A DNA stretch of 64,000 nt from an uncultured Haloferula sp. GTDB taxonomy: Bacteria; Verrucomicrobiota; Verrucomicrobiia; Verrucomicrobiales; Akkermansiaceae. Position 1 is the first letter of the stretch; each line of letters begins with the position of its first letter. A program made the position numbers and the translations under genes. Shown here piece after piece: positions 17,416-24,786 of this stretch. The notes beneath the pieces are model-generated. The model was not told the origin of the DNA, ran no database searches, and worked only from the letters and a program-made list of their open reading frames with translations. The stretch lies in contig CBFGTS010000007.1 of NCBI GenBank assembly GCA_965652295.1, positions 161,873 through 225,872 of the forward strand. The letters run 5' to 3'.

Positions 17416-18846
17416 TCACATGTAGAACCGGTAGGAGGCTTTGGGCGGATTGCCCTCAGGGAGCCAACGTAGGATGTTTCCTACGGTTCTCGCTGCGGTG
17501 ATGGTTATGGGCATGGTAGAGTCGATCTGGACGTTGTTCCAGTTGGTCTTTGAGAGCACCATGAGCTCTTCCATCAATTGCCGCATCCCGGTGTCTTTGC
17601 TGGGAATTTTGATTCCGAGCGTTCGTGGCACGTACATTCCGGGATATTCTTGATAGAAGTCGACGGATCCACGGGTGTAGAGGAATGCGTTTTTCTCATC
17701 GGCTTGTAGGTAGGTTCCGCGGAGTGGTGGATAGTATCCCTCCCGGAAAAGCCGTAAGTTGTCCCGGCTCATTGAGAGGAAGTCGCGGATATCGATTCCT
17801 GACGTGTCCAGGGCTTGGTTGAATCCATCCAGTTCCCCTTGGCTGTAGGGTGAGGATTTGTGGATGACGACGCGGGCAGGTTGGTGTTTGTGCTCAGCTC
17901 GGAAGGCCTTGAGGCAGTCGGTAATGAGTGCTGCCGAGTCCTCGGGGGTGAGGTGGTATTGTCGGTCGTCTTTTGAAAGAACAGCATCCCGCCCCCGGAC
18001 TGCGAGCCCGTGGCCGCGTTCGTTGAAAACGTTGGCGATGCTGGTTCGGACCTGGCTCTTGTCGGGTGTGACGTAGAAGCTGATTCCAATGTAGCAGGTT
18101 TTGTAGTCGGCCTCGGGGCGTGGAACACGATATGGGAACCCGCCGGCTTTGTAGTAGAGGGCGGTGTGAAAGTTCCACGCTCTGGTGGCTTCGTCCTGAA
18201 GGGTTCGTTGTTTGGAACGCTCGTCTTTCTCAGCCGACTTTTTCTTTGGGTCGTAGGTCGAGGGTCGAATAACCTGCACGGGTTTCCCGGCCTTCATCGA
18301 GAGGCCTTTGACGAGGTCATGGAATTCGAGCTTGAGCCGGGTTTTGTCCTTGGGGCGTTTGGATTCGGCTTCGTCGAGGTAATTGACCAGCTCCAGTGGC
18401 ATCGCGAGTAGGATCACGTCTGGTGATTTGTCTGCGAGTGTTTCGATGCCCTCAGCGAAAACCCTGGCCGCATGTTCGATCCGATTGTCGTAGGGCCAGT
18501 CTTTTCCACTACTGGTGTATTCCCGGGCTGCAAGAGACTGGGTAAGTGATGAGTCGGTGGTGACAGTGGAGCGGAAGCAGCAGCTTTCGTTGAAACCCGG
18601 AAATGCGGGAAAGAGGTTTTTCTTTTGGCTGTCCTTCCGGGGGATGATGTCTCGGCACTTCTCCAACCATTGGGAGGCACCATCGATCGTTTCCTGCGAG
18701 CCGATGATGGCCAAGCGGATCTTTTCGGGTCTGCGATTTTGATCGAGGTCTTGGGGGCCGTAGTCGATCAGGCCATAGCGGATATCGACGTGCTGGCCGC
18801 CGTCTCCGAATTCAAGTGGGGGTTCTGGGATGTGGGAGACTACCAT
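17416..18846 (-). CDS. Short prokaryotic Argonaute (MID-PIWI*, catalytically inactive)
   Basis: 476 aa, no PAZ/N domain; FHDLVKG, QDEATRAWNFHTALYYKAGG, CYIGISFY, RVVIHKSS, YPPLRGT, LYTRG, YPGMYVP, LSKTNWN, PITI. Confidence 0.93.
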   Translation of the reverse strand: MVVSHIPEPPLEFGDGGQHVDIRYGLIDYGPQDLDQNRRPEKIRLAIIGSQETIDGASQWLEKCRDIIPRKDSQKKNLFPAFPGFNESCCFRSTVTTDSSLTQSLAAREYTSSGKDWPYDNRIEHAARVFAEGIETLADKSPDVILLAMPLELVNYLDEAESKRPKDKTRLKLEFHDLVKGLSMKAGKPVQVIRPSTYDPKKKSAEKDERSKQRTLQDEATRAWNFHTALYYKAGGFPYRVPRPEADYKTCYIGISFYVTPDKSQVRTSIANVFNERGHGLAVRGRDAVLSKDDRQYHLTPEDSAALITDCLKAFRAEHKHQPARVVIHKSSPYSQGELDGFNQALDTSGIDIRDFLSMSRDNLRLFREGYYPPLRGTYLQADEKNAFLYTRGSVDFYQEYPGMYVPRTLGIKIPSKDTGMRQLMEELMVLSKTNWNNVQIDSTMPITITAARTVGNILRWLPEGNPPKASYRFYM

Positions 18847-20210
18847 AGTTCAGGTTGGTTCGGATCTTCGCTAGGTTCGGTCTCATCGTCGTCGTCATCC
18901 TCTTCGCTAAGTAGTTCAGCGATTCCAGTTCGTTGCCATGCATTGTCGTCGATTCCGGTGCCCAGCTCAAATTGAGCGGGCGGATCGAATGAAATAAGGT
19001 CGTAGCGTTTGGTGAGGTCACGGTCAGTGAAGATTGCTCGCCATAGCAAGAGGCTTCCTCGAACTGACGGATGGCGCTCTATTTGTTTGATTCCAGAGAG
19101 CAACTTCTCGGAGTTCCAGTATTCGGCGCGGCCGTCACTGGTAAAAAAGTAGGTTGGGGTGACTTCGAGGAACCATTTTCCACCGAGCCGCACGAAATTG
19201 GTGATAGCGGCTTTGTGACGGAAGTATCCCTCTCCCTCGTTACGATTTGAGGGGTGCCATTCGGCTGCCGACTGGGTGCCCGATTTCTGTAGCGACTTGG
19301 CCCTAATTTTACGCGGGTCTTTTTTGCTCTCCCAGATGAAGTAGTTGAGTTTCTTTTCCCCGTAATAGGCGACCTTTTGTTCGAATAGGTATTGTTTGAG
19401 GCAGAGGTTGAGCAAGTGGACGAAATGCCGTTTAAGATCTGGGTCGTCGGCAAGCGCCCAGTCTTCAGAGGAATTTTGTTCTATGGTGCCCGCTTCAACG
19501 AGTCGATTGAGCGGCCCATTGTTCAGGTCGAGGAAAGAGTAGACGGTTTCACTATTCAGGAAAAACTCCCTGAGGTGCAGGTTGTTTCCTGGGAGTTCTT
19601 TCAGTTCTTGGTAGAACCTTTCCCGGTCTCGATATTTCGCGGTTGCCGACCAGATCGTTTCGGGAAAGCTGGCGACAGGAAATAGGTTCGAGATGAGTTT
19701 CTCTTTCTTTGGAAGCGGGCCTAGGTGACTACCCCCGCCGGGCTTTGCCAGGTCTGCGAGGAGTTGCGCTGCCGAGCTATCGAATTTGTCAGCCGATTTG
19801 TCGAAACGGACGGTATTTGTGTCCTTGTTTTTTGGGTTGTCGAAGTAGGCTTTGATGTCCTTCCAGTAGGCCTCTTCAGTGCTCGGTTTGCAGACGATGA
19901 GGATGACCGGCACGTTGCTGTTCAGCCAGTAGTCGATGTCGGGTGGGCTACAGGTGAAAGAAAATGCGTTCTGCGAGTTGGATTGGAATTCAGTCGAAGT
20001 CGCTTTGACTTGGGCGTGGATTACCCGGCCGGTAGCTACGCGACTTGCGGATTCAACGATTTCAATGGTGCCGTCGATGCCTTGGTCGATGTTGGTAGGG
20101 TTCCATGCAAACCCCATGTCGAGTACGGCCTGTTCGACAAGATTGACCCCTTGCTGCCCAGTCAAACCGGTCAGCCCGAATTTCTTTCGGCGGTGGGAAC
20201 GTTTGCGCAT
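18840..20210 (-). CDS. DUF4365 (PD-(D/E)XK, DREN-type) nuclease-APAZ effector of a short pAgo system
   Basis: DQGIDGTIE...HAQVKAT nuclease motif, YW...PVILI; C-terminal EKLISNL...WFLEVTPTYFFTSDG APAZ-like region; stop overlaps the pAgo start. Confidence 0.88.
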   Translation of the reverse strand: MRKRSHRRKKFGLTGLTGQQGVNLVEQAVLDMGFAWNPTNIDQGIDGTIEIVESASRVATGRVIHAQVKATSTEFQSNSQNAFSFTCSPPDIDYWLNSNVPVILIVCKPSTEEAYWKDIKAYFDNPKNKDTNTVRFDKSADKFDSSAAQLLADLAKPGGGSHLGPLPKKEKLISNLFPVASFPETIWSATAKYRDRERFYQELKELPGNNLHLREFFLNSETVYSFLDLNNGPLNRLVEAGTIEQNSSEDWALADDPDLKRHFVHLLNLCLKQYLFEQKVAYYGEKKLNYFIWESKKDPRKIRAKSLQKSGTQSAAEWHPSNRNEGEGYFRHKAAITNFVRLGGKWFLEVTPTYFFTSDGRAEYWNSEKLLSGIKQIERHPSVRGSLLLWRAIFTDRDLTKRYDLISFDPPAQFELGTGIDDNAWQRTGIAELLSEEDDDDDETEPSEDPNQPELW

Positions 20211-20217
20211 TTGTATT

Positions 20218-20451
20218 TTACCCGGTGGCGATTTTGACGAGGACGGCTTCGATCACGGCGATGCTCATGGACTTCCCGGAGTCACGGATGGAGGACAGGG
20301 CACGTTTCCAGCGGGAGTCGCTGCGTGCGTTTTCTAGGAACTGGTGGCCTCGGTAGGTCAGGTCAGTGACCCGAAAAATGGACGGGAATCCTTGCTCGTC
20401 TCCGGGCGAGGGTTCAATCCCCGTTTCTCCGATTCTGCTTCTTTCTACCAT
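20218..20451 (-). CDS. DUF2513-like small protein, probably N-terminally truncated
   Basis: DLTYRGHQFLENARSDSRW resembles the LTwxGHeFLdxxRxxxxW signature; 7 bp upstream of the nuclease-APAZ gene. Confidence 0.6.
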   Translation of the reverse strand: MVERSRIGETGIEPSPGDEQGFPSIFRVTDLTYRGHQFLENARSDSRWKRALSSIRDSGKSMSIAVIEAVLVKIATG

Positions 20452-20867
20452 GGTGCGGAGTCGTAATAAGCAATACCTGCGGCTCTGTCGTATATGATAG
20501 TCTCGCCCCCGCCATCACTCTCGATCCTCTGGTAGATGAGGCCCGACCTTGCAGTCTTCGATCCATGGTCAGGTACTCCGGCAGGTCTCTTCGAAGAATC
20601 ACCGAAAACATCACCTTCGTATGCGATCGGTTCAATGATTTCGGCAAATTCCCTCGGAGCGAACAACGAGCGAAATTCGATCTCTGAAATCATAAATTTC
20701 GCAATCCTACTGTGTCCATCATCCCAGTAGTGAATCGCAGAGGCGCTTTGCGGTAAGCTGAGAAACGTGACTTCACTGATCGATGCATCTGAAGAGGTTC
20801 GTGGTGGTGCTCCTTTACAACCGAAGAAGATAAACGTAGCTAAAAGGATAGCGCCAAAATCCTTCAT
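20445..20867 (-). CDS. Hypothetical lipoprotein, possibly cassette-derived
   Basis: Lipobox FFGC; low GC; GCAGAA motif just after the stop, similar to the cassette ends at 15.5 and 16.07 kb. Confidence 0.7.
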   Translation of the reverse strand: MKDFGAILLATFIFFGCKGAPPRTSSDASISEVTFLSLPQSASAIHYWDDGHSRIAKFMISEIEFRSLFAPREFAEIIEPIAYEGDVFGDSSKRPAGVPDHGSKTARSGLIYQRIESDGGGETIIYDRAAGIAYYDSAPW

Positions 20868-21116
20868 TTCTTGCAAAGTTTTTATTCGTAGGGTCGAGGC
20901 TGGTTATATCCAGCGACTCTTTTTCGGGAGAGTGGCTGGAAATGCTTGATTCACAAGGATTTTTCCGGGCTGAGTGCGTGTATCGGCTGAGGTAGGAGTG
21001 TGTTTCAGGGGATGGAAGCGGGAGGGTGATATAGGCGGTCTTCGGCCGATGGTGGGGTGCCGCGGAGTCGGGTAATGACGATCGTCGCAGGGACACTCCG
21101 CGTCACCCGGGATGCA

Positions 21117-21228
21117 TTCACAACCATGCCGGCCGCGGGCATGCTACCGCTGCGGGGATAGATTCCGACATTTCGGGTGAGATGGAGAGGCGGGGACCAT
21201 GCCATGCCGATTTCATAATCGGCGCTCC
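21117..21228 (-). repeat. Inverted third copy of the ~115-bp REP-like element
   Basis: Reverse complement reads GGAGCGCCGATTATGAAATCGGCA...ATGGTCC...CGCAGCGGTAGCATG...CATGGTTGTGAA, matching 12329-12440 and 13620-13730. Confidence 0.85.
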
Positions 21229-21246
21229 GTGAAGGGCGCTCGGTGG

Positions 21247-22230
21247 TCAACGCTCCAGGGCCTGGACGATGATCCGGGCGACTTCGGTGCCGGAGTAGTC
21301 GCGGTGGTTGCGTTCCCAGCCTTTGCGGGCGATGGCGTTGCGGGCGTCGCGGTCGGCGGCGAAATGGCGGACTTTTTCGGCAAGGTCGTCGATGCCATCG
21401 AAATAGACGATCTCGTCCTCGGCGTAGAGTTTCTCAAGTCCGGCTCCGCGCGGGGTGAGGGTCAGGATGCCGTTGCCCATCAGCTCGGCGATGCGGGAGG
21501 ACGAGTAGAGTTCGACGTCGCTGCGGCGGCTGAGATTGAGCGCCATCTTGGAGTGGCGGATCACCTGCTCCTTTTCCCAGCCCATGATGAGCGGTTGATC
21601 GAGGCAGCCGTAGTAGCCGACGTCCAGGCCGGGGAGCTTGTCGCGCAGCTCGGCGAGGAAGGCTCGGCGCTCGGGCTGGCCTTTGTCGCGACCGAAGAAG
21701 AGGAGGTCGTGCCGCATCTCCGTTTCCGGGGTTTCGAAGGAGCGGTGGCACTCGATGCCGGCATCGACGGCGCTGGGGATGAAATGGGTGGGGCAGCCGG
21801 GACTGGTGAACGACTCCAGCAGCGGGCCGCCGGTGGAGCAGAAAAGCCCGTCGAGCAGCGGAGCGCGGTCGCGCAGGTGCTGCGTGGCTTCGGCATCCCA
21901 GAGGGGATCGACGTACCAGAGGCCGATGCGGATGTGGGGGAGGAGGTCCCGGATTTCGCGCAGCGTCGCGGGCGAAATCCACTGGGCGTGGCCGAGAATC
22001 AGCAGGTCCGGGTGGACGTTGCGGCAGGTCTCGATGAGCGCCTTGTTGGCTTTCTTTTTCCCGAAACTCTTGCTGCCGGTGGGCGAGAGCATCCGCGCGC
22101 GGTCGTTCAGGGAGAAGGTGTAAACGAAATGCCCGAGGCGGATGAGGCCGTGGTGGATTTTCTGGTCCTGATTCCAGAGGTGTGCGCCGTCCTTGTCGAA
22201 CTGGAGGTTGCAGGCGTGAACGATGCGCAT
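21247..22230 (-). CDS. Glycosyltransferase, GT-B CgeB-like
   Basis: WYVDP, DLLFFG, SKMALNLSR, YSSSRIAELMGNG motifs. Confidence 0.85.
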   Translation of the reverse strand: MRIVHACNLQFDKDGAHLWNQDQKIHHGLIRLGHFVYTFSLNDRARMLSPTGSKSFGKKKANKALIETCRNVHPDLLILGHAQWISPATLREIRDLLPHIRIGLWYVDPLWDAEATQHLRDRAPLLDGLFCSTGGPLLESFTSPGCPTHFIPSAVDAGIECHRSFETPETEMRHDLLFFGRDKGQPERRAFLAELRDKLPGLDVGYYGCLDQPLIMGWEKEQVIRHSKMALNLSRRSDVELYSSSRIAELMGNGILTLTPRGAGLEKLYAEDEIVYFDGIDDLAEKVRHFAADRDARNAIARKGWERNHRDYSGTEVARIIVQALER

Positions 22231-22271
22231 GGGCGGAGGCTAGGCTGACGATCGGCGACCTGCCAAGTTTC

Positions 22272-22373
22272 GGGAAATTGGGACCGGGATGGATAGGATG
22301 GATGGGATTTCAAAAATGATCAGCCGGGATCCCGACCATCCTTTCGATCCTATCCATCCTGATCCAAATTCCC
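22272..22373. repeat. GGATG-rich imperfect palindromic intergenic repeat
   Basis: GGGAAATTGGGACCGGGATGGATAGGAT ... ATCCTATCCATCCTGATCCAAATTCCC. Confidence 0.75.
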
Positions 22374-22403
22374 AAGGCTCTGCGTCAAGGATGTCTGTGG
22401 AAC

Positions 22404-23480
22404 TTGAAAGAAGGGACTGGTTCGGCTGAGACTTCGGGCGTGTTCCGGATTTGTCATGTGCTGGCCAGCGTCGGGGAAAAGGGAGGGCTGGAGAAGAACG
22501 TCATCGAGCTGGCGAACCGCCAGGCGGAGCTGGGGCATGCGGTGAGCGCGGTGGCGGATGAGACGATGCGGTCGCATTTCGCGGACAATGTGGATTTCGT
22601 CGCGCATCCGATGTCGGCTGGAAGACTGAATCCGTTCAACCGGGCGGCGTTGAAGAAGCGGATCGCTGCGACCGGGGCGGAGATCGTCCACGCCCACGCG
22701 AACAAGGCGGGGCAGCTTGTGAGATCGATCCGTCACGGGCTGAAAGGCATGAAGCGGGTGGCGACGGTGCAGAACATCAAGCGCAGCGCGGCCCCCTTTC
22801 GCGACTACGACGCGGTGATCACGGCCTCGGCGCAGGTGCGGGATTCGCTCGGGGGAATCCCGGCGACGGTGATCTGGAACTCGATCGAACCTCCGGCGGC
22901 GGGCACGAAGGAGGCGGCGCTGGCGACGAATCCGCCGTGGCTGGGTGGCGGGGAGCCGGTGTTTTGCACGGTGGGGCGGCTGGTGCCGGCGAAGGGGATG
23001 GATCTGCTGCTGGAGGCCATGGCGCAGGTGCCGGGCTTCAAGCTGTGGCTGGTGGGCGAAGGCCTGCAGCGGCCGGAGCTGGAGGAGATCCTTGGGAAGC
23101 ACGGGCTCGGGGAGCGCGTGTGGATGGCCGGGCATCGCGACGATGCGGTGGGGCTGATGGGTTGCGCGGATCTGTTCGTGGTCGCTTCGCGAAACGAAGG
23201 TGGCCCCTACACGCTGGCGGAGGCGCTGCACATGAAGGTGCCGTGCCTTTCGACGAAGGTCGGCTTTGCGCCGGAGTTCCTGCCCGAGGAGGCGTTGATG
23301 GAAACGCACTCGGTGGACGAACTGGTGCGCGGCCTGCGGTTCGCGCTGGAGAAACCGGACGAACTGAAAGCCCTGATGGAAAAGCCCTACGACCTGGTCG
23401 CCACCGAGGTGACGCTGGAGGCGATGACCCGCAAGGTCCTGGCGGTGTACGAGCGGGTGATGGCAGGTGGGCGGAGGTAG
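22404..23480 (+). CDS. Glycosyltransferase family 4
   Basis: GGLEK, VHAH, VGRLVPAKG, SRNEGGPYTLAEA motifs; start uncertain. Confidence 0.9.
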   Translation: MKEGTGSAETSGVFRICHVLASVGEKGGLEKNVIELANRQAELGHAVSAVADETMRSHFADNVDFVAHPMSAGRLNPFNRAALKKRIAATGAEIVHAHANKAGQLVRSIRHGLKGMKRVATVQNIKRSAAPFRDYDAVITASAQVRDSLGGIPATVIWNSIEPPAAGTKEAALATNPPWLGGGEPVFCTVGRLVPAKGMDLLLEAMAQVPGFKLWLVGEGLQRPELEEILGKHGLGERVWMAGHRDDAVGLMGCADLFVVASRNEGGPYTLAEALHMKVPCLSTKVGFAPEFLPEEALMETHSVDELVRGLRFALEKPDELKALMEKPYDLVATEVTLEAMTRKVLAVYERVMAGGRR

Positions 23481-23520
23481 CGGCGGCGAAGGCGGTCCGG
23501 GGACCGCCCCGCCGGGGTTG

Positions 23521-24705
23521 TCAAACCAGCAGCTTCATCCCGAAGCCCGGGGCGTCGGACACGGTGATCTTGCCGTCCTTGAGCGGGTAGTCTCCGAAGT
23601 CGACGTCGTCGGACTCGCAGGTGACGCCTTCGATGGTGCAGCAGTTGCCGAGGCCGGCGGCGAGGTGGACGGTGTAGTTCGTTTTGAACCGATCCCCCCA
23701 TGCGTGCGGGCTTGCGGAGGCGTTGGCTTCCACGAGTTTGGGCATGAGTTTCCGCCATGGCGTGAAACCGTATCCCTGGGTGTCGTGGAGCACGGCATCG
23801 AGGATGTTCTCCCGCGCCAGCTCCAGGCAGAAGGCGGGGTCGGGATTGGCTTCGCCGTCGGCGACGAGGGTTTTCCCGCGACCGTTGGCGTGCATCCAAT
23901 CGCGCAAGCGCTTGGTCTTTTCGCGGTCCTCCCGGAAGGGTTCCTCGAACCAGAACAGCGGCACGCCTTCGATGCCTTCGAGGAAGGCGATGGCGTCCTC
24001 CACGCTGTAGGCATCGTTGGCGTCGACCAGGATCTCGACGCCGCGGTCCTTGAAGGTTTCGTGGATGCGGTTGACGATCTCGATGTCGGTGGCGAGGCCT
24101 TCATCGTGCGGGTACCACTTGCCGCCGCGGCCGATCTTCACCTTGAGCTGGCGGTAGCCGTGGTCGAGGTCCCAGGCGCAGTTCTCGATCACCTTGTCGA
24201 GGCCGGCCGGGTTGTCTTGGGGTTCGAGTTCGTCGAAATAGATCATCCCGCTGTAGAGCAGGTTTTCCTTCGGGCCCTTCGCGCCGAGCAGTTGGTAGAC
24301 GGGCTTGTCGAGAATGATGCCCGCGAGGTCGTGGAGGGCGAAATCGAGGAAGCGGAGTTGCGGGTTGAGGATGCCCTCGGCGGGATCGATGAGATCGGAT
24401 AGGCGTTTGCCTTCGATCAGATCGGCGAGGCCGTCGTCCGGTCGCCAGGAGGTGCCCCAGCCCGTCGCGCCCTGATCCGTGTGGACCACGGCGACGGTGA
24501 GCCGGTGGTGCTGTCCGTGGACGTCGAGACGCGAGTTCTTGCCAACGAGTCTCGGCCAGTTGAACCGGACTTCCTTGAATTCGATCTTGTCGATCCGGTG
24601 GCCGGAGAGGGTTTCAAGCGTCTCGTTTCCGGCGGCATGGGATCGGCCGATGAGGGCGGCCGTGGCTGCGATGCTGGTACTGTGGAGGAAATTCCTGCGT
24701 TTCAT
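23521..24705 (-). CDS. Mandelate racemase/muconate lactonizing enzyme (enolase superfamily) with Tat signal
   Basis: MKRRNFL Tat motif; KVKIGRG, VDAND, WFEEPF, DGE, PHAWG. Confidence 0.88.
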   Translation of the reverse strand: MKRRNFLHSTSIAATAALIGRSHAAGNETLETLSGHRIDKIEFKEVRFNWPRLVGKNSRLDVHGQHHRLTVAVVHTDQGATGWGTSWRPDDGLADLIEGKRLSDLIDPAEGILNPQLRFLDFALHDLAGIILDKPVYQLLGAKGPKENLLYSGMIYFDELEPQDNPAGLDKVIENCAWDLDHGYRQLKVKIGRGGKWYPHDEGLATDIEIVNRIHETFKDRGVEILVDANDAYSVEDAIAFLEGIEGVPLFWFEEPFREDREKTKRLRDWMHANGRGKTLVADGEANPDPAFCLELARENILDAVLHDTQGYGFTPWRKLMPKLVEANASASPHAWGDRFKTNYTVHLAAGLGNCCTIEGVTCESDDVDFGDYPLKDGKITVSDAPGFGMKLLV

Positions 24706-24786
24706 GGGTTGTAGGTTGGGTAGCATACATCCCATGCCTCCCGCTCCTTGCAGAGGGCTGAAAAACGCAAGGCTTTCTTCGCTGGC

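Noticed and set aside
17416..18846. Catalytically active (slicer) or long pAgo
   Set aside because: No N/PAZ domains and the DEDX positions are substituted
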